IMG/VR virus record: IMGVR_UViG_2907388146_000002
Span: 1-64,000 of that record
Strand: one strand, 5' to 3'
DNA length: 64,000 nt
DNA from: a virus
Taxonomy: Duplodnaviria; Caudoviricetes
The translations under genes and the position numbers were made by a program. The notes under the pieces were generated by a model. It made no database searches. It worked only from the letters and a program-made list of their open reading frames with translations, and was not told the DNA's origin. Below are positions 17,098 to 26,359 of the stretch, piece after piece (position 1 is the first letter of the stretch; every line of letters begins with the position of its first letter).

Positions 17098-17529
17098 CTA
17101 ATTGAATGCTTCCATTGGCTCCCAATCGATTAACTCAAATTCGACTTCTCTTCCGGAGAATTCATTATTGTTTAACCCAAAACCGTCTGTGTTCACGGCT
17201 CCTGTGAGTAACCCAACGCGTTTTCCGGAAGTTTTATCTATGACTAAAATATCATAGAGATCATCCGCGTGTTCGTCGCTATGAGTGTCAATTACGACAA
17301 CTCCTTCGACTGGAGTTCTGAGTATATGAAACTCACCCGACGCTGTTCCTTGCCATGCGAGAGATTTTAAACCTCGCGGTTTTCTGTATCCAAGAGCTTG
17401 AATTCTTTCAACGTTATTGTTGACATTCACTCTTAACGATTTCATAAAACCGACAGCAGAACCGTTTATTTTAACGATCGCGTCGTTACCTGTGAGTACG
17501 GCCGGGTTAGGTCGTGCGCTCTTAGCCAT
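17098..17529 (-). CDS. Tail tube protein
   Basis: 143 aa; VLTGNDAIVKINGSAVGF; follows sheath; good SD (GGAGG). Confidence 0.8.
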   Translation of the reverse strand: MAKSARPNPAVLTGNDAIVKINGSAVGFMKSLRVNVNNNVERIQALGYRKPRGLKSLAWQGTASGEFHILRTPVEGVVVIDTHSDEHADDLYDILVIDKTSGKRVGLLTGAVNTDGFGLNNNEFSGREVEFELIDWEPMEAFN

Positions 17530-17531
17530 TC

Positions 17532-19340
17532 TTAACCTCCGTTATTCGCTCCGCGAACAACGTCCAAATTGACTAGAAAAAACATGTAGTTGACGGGACT
17601 TACGATCTTGCCATCGGGGAAAATGAAATACAAAGCGTCGCCGTCGCGCCGGATATCGAACTTCTCGTCGAATGCGGGATCACCGGTGTAGATATTTCTT
17701 GTAAGCCAGCCGTATTGCGTAATATATACATTACGAAAACGTTGTGTAACTGCGGTTCGAATGTCGGCGTCTGTTAAGTTAGTTCCGAGCGCATCCGGGT
17801 CTGTTGGGACTTCGCCGATGAACGTAACGTCGAGCCATTCTCTGAAATCTTTTACGAGGGCGAGTGCCGTACAGACAGTGGATGCTTGATTCTTAATCAG
17901 GTTTTGCGCCTGATAAGAAGTCAGACCCATTTCAATTTTGAAAGACCCATTGTTCGGCTTTCGAGTAACAATGAGTCCACCCGCTCTTAAAACTTTTTTG
18001 ATTTGGTCCTTAGAAAGTTTTTCAGGTGCTTCTACGATATTCAGATCTTTGTAAGTTGCCGTTTCTCTTACGTTTCCGGATGCTTTGATTGCGTTATGCA
18101 AAACTGCGAGCATCCAGCCTGGATAGGTTTTTAAAGTGATCTTATCAGCCGCGTAGCGAGTGATGGGTGAAAAACCCAAGACCATGTATTCGGAATTGGT
18201 TGCTTTGATATCGTCGATTCTTGCATCGACTGACTTCGCTAAATCTAAACCCGCTCCACCAAATCGCTCATCCGCTCCGTCGGGTGAATTCCCGAAGGTG
18301 AGTTTATCCGCAAGATAAAGAACTACCGATTGAATAGAGGTGCAAACGTTGACGTAAAATCCTTTCGAAACTTCCGTATCGAAAACATAATCGATTGCAT
18401 CGATATAATCCTGGGCGGTTGCGATCCCCGTAGAACCACCGTTTAAGTACGTAAAAGACGCCATGTCTGCGAGCGGCTTTCTTTCTTGCGTTGCGACAAC
18501 TTGCGCGAGACCATTCCCTAAAAAGAAACTTTCTTGTTGGAAAAGAAGAGATTTCATCGTGACCGGAGCCGATTTCACATCTACGGCGTCGGTAAGAGAA
18601 AGATGGTCTAATGTAGAAGTTTTCCGATCGGGTTGAGAAAGAAGAGTGATTTGATATCCGATTCTACTGGAAACATAACCGACGAGATCTCCAAGCGTCG
18701 GATAGTCTTTGATGGGAACATTTAAGTTAACGGATCCGTCGGTCGAAGCAGTTCCCGAAAGAGTAATTCGAAGCGAAATTCCATCGAACGTTAGAATCGC
18801 GTTTTGTCCGTTACCTACATATTGAATTTGTAATTCATTTGATTCTAAAGGAGAAGAAGTCCCAATCCCGTCACTGTCCCCGATTTGGATGATTGTTCCC
18901 CCATTCGTTACGCGGAATCTGATTTGATTTCCTCTCGGTCCGGGTATGATCGCTTTTACCGTATTCGAAACTGTTGCAACGATTGAGGCGGCCGGTGCGC
19001 TTGCGGATACGTTTGGATTTATGTTCAGGGCTTTGATGAGTTGTGGGCCAGCCGCAAAACGAGAATCCTTGGAAGGAGAGAAAGCGTTTGAAACAGCGTC
19101 TGCTAAATCGCCTGAGAAAAATACTGACTTTGATTCGTCAGCACCGCTAAACTCTAAAACTCGTTTAGGAGTTTCGAGACTTGTGTCGCCTGCATCGTAG
19201 CCATTATCTGCGGGACCGATGATAATCTGTGTATTTAGATCCGGAGAAATTCCAGTGCTTTGAGCTTTAACCCTAAATGCGCCGCGAGCTCCCGGTCGAA
19301 TATATCCGCGCCCTAGAAATTCAACTTCTCTAGAGCCCAT
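17532..19340 (-). CDS. Tail sheath protein
   Basis: 602 aa; YIRPGA N-terminus, PGPRGNQIR, LNGGSTG, AGGLIV sheath patterns. Confidence 0.88.
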   Translation of the reverse strand: MGSREVEFLGRGYIRPGARGAFRVKAQSTGISPDLNTQIIIGPADNGYDAGDTSLETPKRVLEFSGADESKSVFFSGDLADAVSNAFSPSKDSRFAAGPQLIKALNINPNVSASAPAASIVATVSNTVKAIIPGPRGNQIRFRVTNGGTIIQIGDSDGIGTSSPLESNELQIQYVGNGQNAILTFDGISLRITLSGTASTDGSVNLNVPIKDYPTLGDLVGYVSSRIGYQITLLSQPDRKTSTLDHLSLTDAVDVKSAPVTMKSLLFQQESFFLGNGLAQVVATQERKPLADMASFTYLNGGSTGIATAQDYIDAIDYVFDTEVSKGFYVNVCTSIQSVVLYLADKLTFGNSPDGADERFGGAGLDLAKSVDARIDDIKATNSEYMVLGFSPITRYAADKITLKTYPGWMLAVLHNAIKASGNVRETATYKDLNIVEAPEKLSKDQIKKVLRAGGLIVTRKPNNGSFKIEMGLTSYQAQNLIKNQASTVCTALALVKDFREWLDVTFIGEVPTDPDALGTNLTDADIRTAVTQRFRNVYITQYGWLTRNIYTGDPAFDEKFDIRRDGDALYFIFPDGKIVSPVNYMFFLVNLDVVRGANNGG

Positions 19341-19551
19341 GATTGATGGTCCTCCAAGTGTCCTCGAAAGAATTGTTTCCTTTCGCTTTTAACTCCCGAT
19401 AAAAGAAGTTTCGGAAGCGTGGAGAAATCGTTCTTCCAAGTTCTTTTTCTTTACTGAGAAGAAACTCTTCGGGTGTTTGATTTGTTTTAGGTTTGGTTAA
19501 AACTTTCGTTTCTACCTTTCCCTTTTGCAAATTAGCGTCTTCGTCTATCAC
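19330..19551 (-). CDS. Hypothetical protein
   Basis: 73 aa, overlapping both neighbours (coupled). Confidence 0.55.
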   Translation of the reverse strand: MIDEDANLQKGKVETKVLTKPKTNQTPEEFLLSKEKELGRTISPRFRNFFYRELKAKGNNSFEDTWRTINHGL

Positions 19552-20324
19552 GGCTTATCCTCTAACCCGAAGTTGCCTTCCAGTCGGGTTTTACTTCGGG
19601 TTAAAAATACATCGAAGGAGCGAGTATCGGGAAAAAGGAATGCTGGTTTGGTACGAAAAATTGATTTGGATTGTACGAGTCGTACGCGGATTTCAAATCC
19701 CCAGAATGGTTCTGAGAAATCGGCTGTACTTAAATTAGGTTCGGTATCTTCGGGAAGAAATACTGTAAGTCCAGGATAAAGGACTGGTAGGTCATTCGCC
19801 ATGAGCATGGTCACAGCTAGCGCGGCGTCATAGATCCATTTGTTTGTGTTTCTCCCGGCGTTACCGGTTGTGAAACCGCAAATGACTACTTCAGACTCTA
19901 CAGTGTATTGAAGTTGTTGGAAATTTTTCTTTCGACTGAATTCATCTAAGAACGCTTTTGTGGAAAGACGCTGACTTTCCGGAAGTTCTGAAATCTCGGA
20001 TAAATATTTTATAAAGTTTTCAGAATTTTTAAAATGATGTTCATTTAAGCCTAAAAATTGAGTATTTCGATCCGTTGTGCATTCGATTCCTACTTTTGGA
20101 AATTTTGAATTCGGTCCGGTTGTTGAAATTCCTTCTTGGTAAAGCGGATGTCCGTGAACTATGGGAACGTCTATGTTTCGTAAGGAAAGACCAGTAAGTG
20201 GTAAAGAATTACGAAAATATTCAACGACCGTATCTTCCGGAGGAGCCGGGTACGTGATTAGGATCGCGCCTCGATCGTGTCCGTCTTGTTGTCGTGCTTC
20301 TTCTTCCCGAAGACTTATATCCAT
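19548..20324 (-). CDS. Putative tail terminator/completion protein
   Basis: 258 aa directly upstream of sheath; positional inference. Confidence 0.5.
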   Translation of the reverse strand: MDISLREEEARQQDGHDRGAILITYPAPPEDTVVEYFRNSLPLTGLSLRNIDVPIVHGHPLYQEGISTTGPNSKFPKVGIECTTDRNTQFLGLNEHHFKNSENFIKYLSEISELPESQRLSTKAFLDEFSRKKNFQQLQYTVESEVVICGFTTGNAGRNTNKWIYDAALAVTMLMANDLPVLYPGLTVFLPEDTEPNLSTADFSEPFWGFEIRVRLVQSKSIFRTKPAFLFPDTRSFDVFLTRSKTRLEGNFGLEDKP

Positions 20325-20332
20325 TTGCTCGG

Positions 20333-20358
20333 ATCATAGAGCGAAATGGATTATCGGT
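20333..20358 (-). promoter_or_regulatory. Putative late promoter (tail operon)
   Basis: ACCGAT-N14-TATGAT, 8 nt to ATG. Confidence 0.6.
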
Positions 20359-21094
20359 TTTTTTTTTTACTGAGTAGTTCTAAAATCAGACTTTTGGTAT
20401 CGGATGCGACGGCTTGTTTCAGTGTTTTAGATTTCAAAGCTGATTTTACATCTTCTTTGATTCCTGATAAAATTTTCTGAGCTGGAATCGCAGGTTGAAA
20501 GAAATTACGACTTCTTTCAGTGACTACGACGAATTTTACAAAGGATCTTTGTACGGTTCCGTTTTTGTATTTTTGTTCTCTTGCAAAGACGTTTCCTTGA
20601 CCAGTCATTCCAGGATCTTGCCTGTATTTGTAACGGTTTCGCGTAACCATTTGTCCATGAGCGTTTTCTTCTTTGAAACTTCCGGTTTTGATAATTACAG
20701 AATTGATTGAATTGTTTTTTGGACTTACCTGTGTCCCATTATCATTTTTGGTAATCGGTACGATTACATAGGGTCCGTTCTCACCCATTCTCGCACGACT
20801 ACCTCCAAGGAGTGAAGGGCGCATATCGTAACGTCCTCTTCCCCTTTCGATCACAGCCATATAGTTGTATTTTCCCTTATTCGGATGATATACTTGAAAA
20901 CCTCCCGGAATTGGTCGGATTAATATTCCGCCCCCTCCCCCTGGGCGATTGGACATTGCCATTCTTCCCCACCATCCGGGCTTCGCGGCGAGAGTATTGT
21001 TCGTCCAGGCCTCTTTTGTCGCTTTTGCGATTCGATTCAAAACGAATCTGGTTCTTGGAAATTTTCCTTGTTCATAAAGTTGTTCGTAGTTCAT
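20351..21094 (-). CDS. Putative neck/tail completion protein
   Basis: 247 aa basic protein; YDMRPSLL...ARMGENGPYVIVP. Confidence 0.5.
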   Translation of the reverse strand: MNYEQLYEQGKFPRTRFVLNRIAKATKEAWTNNTLAAKPGWWGRMAMSNRPGGGGGILIRPIPGGFQVYHPNKGKYNYMAVIERGRGRYDMRPSLLGGSRARMGENGPYVIVPITKNDNGTQVSPKNNSINSVIIKTGSFKEENAHGQMVTRNRYKYRQDPGMTGQGNVFAREQKYKNGTVQRSFVKFVVVTERSRNFFQPAIPAQKILSGIKEDVKSALKSKTLKQAVASDTKSLILELLSKKKNR

Positions 21095-21095
21095 T

Positions 21096-21122
21096 AAAAA
21101 AGGGGTAGAAAACTCTACCCCT
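21096..21122 (-). terminator. Rho-independent terminator after the capsid gene
   Basis: aggggtaga-gttt-tctacccct followed by a T run on the minus strand. Confidence 0.7.
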
Positions 21123-21152
21123 CCTGAATTTTTTTTTAAACGTTATTCGTGT

Positions 21153-22604
21153 TTAAAGTCTGACTGGCACGTTTGTAAACACTCGGAACTTATCTTCTGC
21201 TAGGATTTGAAGAACGCTATAGTTTTCAACGATCCCGAGACGAGAACGTAATGCTCCACCCGCTCCATAAGGGAAAAGTGTTTTTGTATATCCCAAGAGT
21301 TCAGTTAAAACTAAAGTTCTTGTATCGTCACTTGCCGATTTGGAATTGAAATCCCCCATTACCATAATCGTTGTTCCGGGTAAATCCTCGTTTAAATCTT
21401 GTACGATGGTTGTCGGACCGGATAAGTTTTTCTTTACCTCTCTCATGTACCGAATGATCGAAGAATTTGGTCCCGTTTCGCGAAAGATCACAAATCTGGT
21501 TTCTGGTACTCCGCCGGTTCCGGGAGTGATTGTAAGTTCTGCCGCTCCACCGTTTGGAATTGCAATACTTTGTTCGTTGCAGGCTTTTGACCAATGTCTC
21601 AAATCACCGGCTGAGATTCTGTATTTGTAGGTTCCTACATACGAACCCGTGAATAAAGATCCGGGAACGGAAGCCAAAGACGCAATAGAGAAGGAAGGAG
21701 TCGCAGGAGCTTCCGTATCACTTGTCGCACCTTCAACCCAAGAACCTACTTGGTCGCGTCTCATCGGGACGCCCCATTCATGACGATCGAGCCAAATATC
21801 ATCGTCAAAAAGAATCATGTTATCTTTGGCGTTTGAATCAGCGACACCGTGAACGATGTTACTGAGAGAAGTGTTTCCCGGAGATTGGTTGTTATTTTGA
21901 ATTACAACGGCTCCACCTACTCTGTCGTAATTTTGATCGTATAACGCCTTTGTGGCGGGGTGCATTTTGGCATAGTTCACTTGACCGAACTGTTTGGTTC
22001 TTACTTGAGAACTATAGTATTTCATTTCATCGACTGCGGGTAACGCTCCTCGACAATCGGTATAGAAATTCTTACCTAAAGACTTTACTTGTGTTTCGAA
22101 TCCGTCCTGTTCGAGTTTGTTTAAGTCTTTTTTTCCAAACCAAATTTTCCTCATTTGGTTTTCCATTCCGCGTCTAAGAGCTGCGTTCGATTGAGTAAGC
22201 TCTGGATCTTGTGAGTTGTTTACGGTATCGACAACCTTGTTGAAAGAATATCCTTCCGCAATGTAGTTGATCTCGTTATACAATCGATCGAGTTGTGGGT
22301 CTCTAAATGACGGTTCGTCGGACTGTCCGATATAGGAAGAATTGTACCAACCTCCACCATGAGAACGATTCCGGTTGTATTCCGCGATCACCTGATTTGT
22401 GGTTCTTCTCGGAACTTCTTTTAGAAATTTAAAATCCTTGTCCGTTGACACAGTAGCTACGAAGACTTTGTCAAGCGATTGCATAGACAAAACAGCACCT
22501 GAAGAGTTGATGTCTACGAAAGGAGTTGCACCGTTTAACGCGGTGTTCGCTTCGAACGCTTTTTTAATCTCGATTAGTTGATCGAGTGTGTGAGGGCCGG
22601 TCAT
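21153..22604 (-). CDS. Major capsid protein
   Basis: 483 aa; LSMQSLDKVF, IAEYN, LEQDGF; follows protease and scaffold; strong SD; terminator downstream. Confidence 0.82.
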   Translation of the reverse strand: MTGPHTLDQLIEIKKAFEANTALNGATPFVDINSSGAVLSMQSLDKVFVATVSTDKDFKFLKEVPRRTTNQVIAEYNRNRSHGGGWYNSSYIGQSDEPSFRDPQLDRLYNEINYIAEGYSFNKVVDTVNNSQDPELTQSNAALRRGMENQMRKIWFGKKDLNKLEQDGFETQVKSLGKNFYTDCRGALPAVDEMKYYSSQVRTKQFGQVNYAKMHPATKALYDQNYDRVGGAVVIQNNNQSPGNTSLSNIVHGVADSNAKDNMILFDDDIWLDRHEWGVPMRRDQVGSWVEGATSDTEAPATPSFSIASLASVPGSLFTGSYVGTYKYRISAGDLRHWSKACNEQSIAIPNGGAAELTITPGTGGVPETRFVIFRETGPNSSIIRYMREVKKNLSGPTTIVQDLNEDLPGTTIMVMGDFNSKSASDDTRTLVLTELLGYTKTLFPYGAGGALRSRLGIVENYSVLQILAEDKFRVFTNVPVRL

Positions 22605-23422
22605 TATTTTTGAACCTCTTTATAATCGTTTATGAATGCTTGTGCGCGGTCGGAAAGTTTCCAGGTGGACTCGAAAAACGCTATGTCCTCTAATTGGCAG
22701 CGACCCGCTTCGATTCCTTTGATGATAAGGTTTCCAATTTGATCGCGGTCCTTTCCTGTAATGGGTCCGCCTCCCTTCGTGGGATCGTTTGACTTTTGTA
22801 TCTTGGAAGTGACAGGGGTTTTCTCGTTGGCTGGGCGATTCGCTAGCGCGCCGATTTCTGATTTGAGTGTTTGAACTTCTTTAGATAGCTGGGAGTTATC
22901 TTCCGCCGTATCCATTAGATGCTCGATCGCGGCCGCAAGGGTTTCTTGACCGGCTTTTAGAATTTCTAATGTGTTTTGAATTTCTGTGATAAATTCAAGA
23001 CGAGCTTTTTCGACCTCCTTCTCTTTCTCAGATTCTTCTCCACTTTTTTTCTTCTTATTGTCCTTTTCTTCTTTCTTATCATCCTTTTCGGATTCGGAAC
23101 TTTCCTCTTCTTCACCTTCTTTGTTTTCTTTTTTCTTTCCTGATTCCCCGAGTTCTGATTTTGCAATTTCGTTGTCGTCGAAATACGCATCAATTACGTC
23201 ATCTGCAAAGGAAGCTGCTTCTCCTTCCGAAATCCCTTGAGCAATTGCCCATTCTTTTACTTTATCCGTTTCCGGGACTACACTTCCCGAATCAAGTAAC
23301 GTTGTTACTTGCGAAGCTAAGGCTTGTAAGTCAGGTGTGTCTTCGCTGGTAGGATCGTCTGATTTTTTTACATGTTTTGATTTAACACGCTCCTTCAGAC
23401 GATTGATCGCGTCTTGTATCAT
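22604..23422 (-). CDS. Putative scaffold / head assembly protein
   Basis: Glu/Lys-rich low-complexity centre plus coiled coil, between protease and capsid genes. Confidence 0.6.
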   Translation of the reverse strand: MIQDAINRLKERVKSKHVKKSDDPTSEDTPDLQALASQVTTLLDSGSVVPETDKVKEWAIAQGISEGEAASFADDVIDAYFDDNEIAKSELGESGKKKENKEGEEEESSESEKDDKKEEKDNKKKKSGEESEKEKEVEKARLEFITEIQNTLEILKAGQETLAAAIEHLMDTAEDNSQLSKEVQTLKSEIGALANRPANEKTPVTSKIQKSNDPTKGGGPITGKDRDQIGNLIIKGIEAGRCQLEDIAFFESTWKLSDRAQAFINDYKEVQK

Positions 23423-23425
23423 CGT

Positions 23426-24352
23426 TTATTCTCCGCTCAGTTTTAGAAATATGGCATCGGTAAGATTTTCTAAATCTTCGCCTTCGATGCTGTATTCTGT
23501 TTGGAGAACCGAGCGAATCAGGGCGGACCGAAGTTCCATTCCCTGATTTCTAACACGATCTGAAATATCGGAGATGATGAGTTCGAGGAATCGATCCTGC
23601 GCTTCCGGATCGGATTGAAATAGTTTTGTTAAGAAGTCGAGTTTACGTTCAATGCGTGAAAGACGTTCTAATTCAAAGGATTCTAAGTTCGTTGCAAGAT
23701 CAGTTGAATCTGATACTCCTTCTAAAATACTCTTCTCAATATCTCGAAGGAATATTGCACCCTTTATCAATTGAACCGATGTATCGGGATTGATGACTTC
23801 TTGGAGTGGAGCGATCGCACACTTACGAAGAAGTATCTTACGAATTGTCTTTCCTTGATAGTCTTGCGGTCGCGCAAATCCGGAAACGGAAGCTCCCCAA
23901 CCTTGGAACCCGGCTTGAAGGCCTTTTCGAATTTCTTCTGCGAATTTATTTCCTGGAAAAAGTCTTCCGAGGATATATAACCCGTCGTCTTTGATTCCAT
24001 AGTGAGCCGGGAAATCCTCTTTTAGCCCGATTTGTTCGGGCGCGCCGATGATTGCTTCAGCTTTGGATTTTTGTAAATCGACTAAGAGAGATCCGGTTAG
24101 CTTTCCTTCTTTCTTTAAATCACGGATTTCTTTATCAATATGATCCGTTAAATGGTTAAAGTCGAAGTATCCTTGAGAGGTAAACTCAGATCGCATCGAA
24201 GGATCCGCATATGCGGATTTGAGAATAATCTCGCCTTGCCTATCTTCACGTTCGGAAGACGCTTTGACTAAGATTTTGATTGCGCCAGTCCGATCCTCCG
24301 GAGTGGCTTTCATAATATGGAACGGGTGAAGAAACTGGGTCTCTGCTGACAT
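23426..24352 (-). CDS. Prohead protease
   Basis: ASSEREDRQGEII, GYFDFNH, LYILGRLF, GASVSG and CAIAP..VINPDT prohead protease patterns. Confidence 0.8.
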   Translation of the reverse strand: MSAETQFLHPFHIMKATPEDRTGAIKILVKASSEREDRQGEIILKSAYADPSMRSEFTSQGYFDFNHLTDHIDKEIRDLKKEGKLTGSLLVDLQKSKAEAIIGAPEQIGLKEDFPAHYGIKDDGLYILGRLFPGNKFAEEIRKGLQAGFQGWGASVSGFARPQDYQGKTIRKILLRKCAIAPLQEVINPDTSVQLIKGAIFLRDIEKSILEGVSDSTDLATNLESFELERLSRIERKLDFLTKLFQSDPEAQDRFLELIISDISDRVRNQGMELRSALIRSVLQTEYSIEGEDLENLTDAIFLKLSGE

Positions 24353-24359
24353 AGAGACC

Positions 24360-24385
24360 CTTGTATTAGCGAAAGAAAAATCGGA
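24360..24385 (-). promoter_or_regulatory. Putative late promoter (head operon)
   Basis: TCCGAT-N14-TACAAG, 7 nt to ATG. Confidence 0.55.
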
Positions 24386-24629
24386 AGGTTAAGATCCTGA
24401 TTCTTATACTAAATTTGAGATTATTTAGATTAAGTAATACTCGGAATTTTATATTCGAAATTAGAATATAAATTGTAAGATGAAAGCTTGTGTATTGCTA
24501 ATTTAGAGAAAGATAAGAATAAGAAAAAATATTATTAAAGTTATTAATATAAAAGCCGATTTTTTACTTGAAAAAAGTGAAGTTTTAATACAGAAAACTG
24601 CTTGTGAAATTAGTCTATTTAATATAGCC

Positions 24630-24702
24630 TTCCAGAAGCGTCTGGAATGAGTCGCATAGCGTCTCAACGAGGGGCTTTCAGCCCCATCGCCAGTCGCCGT
24701 CC
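24630..24702. ncRNA. Candidate structured RNA next to the DUF3800 gene
   Basis: GC-rich island in AT-rich DNA with three hairpins: ttccaga/tctggaa, gagtcgc/gcgtctc (one mismatch), cgaggggct/agccccatcg (one bulge). Confidence 0.55.
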
Positions 24703-24714
24703 TTATAATAAGTT

Positions 24715-25608
24715 ATGTATCTTTGTTACCTGGATGAATCCGGTACTCCAAGTATTCCTGGAAATACAAGCCACTACGTTTTAGCTGGCCTTTCTATTCC
24801 TGTGAAATTCTGGAGTACATGCGAAAAGCAAATTGATACTATAAAAAGAAAATATAATCTTGCTGGTGTTGAAATTCATACAGGATGGATTTTAAGACCG
24901 TATTACGAACAACAGAATATTCTTAATTTTGAATTATTAGATCATGCACCAAGAAAGCAAGAAGTCGAAAAATTTCGGATATCTGAAATTCATAAACTTC
25001 AAAGACAAAAGAATTCAAAAAGATTAAAACAAACGAAAAAGAATTTCAGAGAAACTACCCCGTATACCCACCTCACATATACGGAAAGACGTGACTTTAT
25101 TACTGAAATTGCTCAGACAATTGCAAATTGGAGTTATGCAAGACTCTTTGCTGAGTGTATTGATAAACTACATTTTAATCCTGCTATAACTTCTAGATCA
25201 TTAGATGAATATGCCCTTGAGCAAATTGTAAATCGATTCCATAGATATTTAGAAAATATGGACCGATCAGCTCAAGTGCCAGAAAGCTACGGTTTATTAA
25301 TTCATGATAATAACGAAACTGTAGAAAAACGACATACTGATTTAATGCGCCATTTTCATAATCACGGTACGTTTTGGGGTAACATAACAAAAATTATTGA
25401 GACTCCACTCTTCGTCGATTCTAAGCTTACGAGCATGATCCAAATTGCTGACTTATGCTCATATTCTCTTAGAAGATATTTAGAAAATTCTGAAGACGCT
25501 CTATTTAATTTGATTTTTCAAAGAGCGGATAGAATAAACAATTCTGTCGTTGGTGTTAGACATTTTACTTCTCAAACTTGCAATTGCAGAATATGTTCAT
25601 CTAGATAG
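24715..25608 (+). CDS. DUF3800-family protein (RNase H-like acidic motifs)
   Basis: YLCYLDESG N-terminus, LIHD, IQIADLCSY C-terminus. Confidence 0.8.
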   Translation: MYLCYLDESGTPSIPGNTSHYVLAGLSIPVKFWSTCEKQIDTIKRKYNLAGVEIHTGWILRPYYEQQNILNFELLDHAPRKQEVEKFRISEIHKLQRQKNSKRLKQTKKNFRETTPYTHLTYTERRDFITEIAQTIANWSYARLFAECIDKLHFNPAITSRSLDEYALEQIVNRFHRYLENMDRSAQVPESYGLLIHDNNETVEKRHTDLMRHFHNHGTFWGNITKIIETPLFVDSKLTSMIQIADLCSYSLRRYLENSEDALFNLIFQRADRINNSVVGVRHFTSQTCNCRICSSR

Positions 25609-25914
25609 CCTTAGCTTGATTATTAAGAATTATAAATTACTCATTATCGTCCATTACTTTCAAAATAGAAAAATACAGTAAGTTTATAAAAATCACCATT
25701 AAATACTCGAATTTGTTGTCCATAAATACGAGCTGGGAATAAAAGGGGAAAGTAATTAATAATACTTCTAAATGTCCAGTCACCTTTTTATCCGTTCCTT
25801 GATATATTTGTATTCAATTTTGCACCTGCGAGATGAAAATAATTCTTGTTTTCCTAATATTGTCAAGTTCGTACTAAATATATATTTTTTATAAAATTCA
25901 CATTTTATAAAAAA

Positions 25915-26304
25915 TTACGGATCAGAAACTAAAAGATACACTCGCAACTTTCCAACGGTACACCCGTTTGGACTCCAATATACGCGTGCTTGTGTAAGGG
26001 ACGTGAGAATTTCGAAAGCAAATCCTAAAAAAATACCGGATAAAGACAGGTCTGTGCCGTAAGCGTCTAACCATTTGTCTGTGGTTATCGTGTCCCCTAC
26101 CGTGAGAGAAGGTGATCCGTTAAATGGAGTAAGGACTCTTACAAAAACTTGAACTACCACAGAATTCACCTGAAGGATATCCCCCAAATTAAGCGTGCCG
26201 GCCGCGTTGGAAAAATCGATTTCGGTCTCGGCAACGTTTAGTTTTTTCAAACGATTGTCCTCCGGAAAGTCTTCATTGGTAAATGGTCCAAGAAAAATTG
26301 GCAT
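25915..26304 (-). CDS. Hypothetical virion protein
   Basis: 129-aa beta-rich ORF with a late-promoter motif upstream. Confidence 0.55.
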   Translation of the reverse strand: MPIFLGPFTNEDFPEDNRLKKLNVAETEIDFSNAAGTLNLGDILQVNSVVVQVFVRVLTPFNGSPSLTVGDTITTDKWLDAYGTDLSLSGIFLGFAFEILTSLTQARVYWSPNGCTVGKLRVYLLVSDP

Positions 26305-26322
26305 TGCTCATTTTCTTCTTTA

Positions 26323-26348
26323 AGAATAGCAAAGAAAGATAAATCGGA
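26323..26348 (-). promoter_or_regulatory. Putative late promoter
   Basis: TCCGAT-N14-TATTCT, 18 nt to ATG. Confidence 0.5.
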
Positions 26349-26359
26349 ATTTCTTTTGA

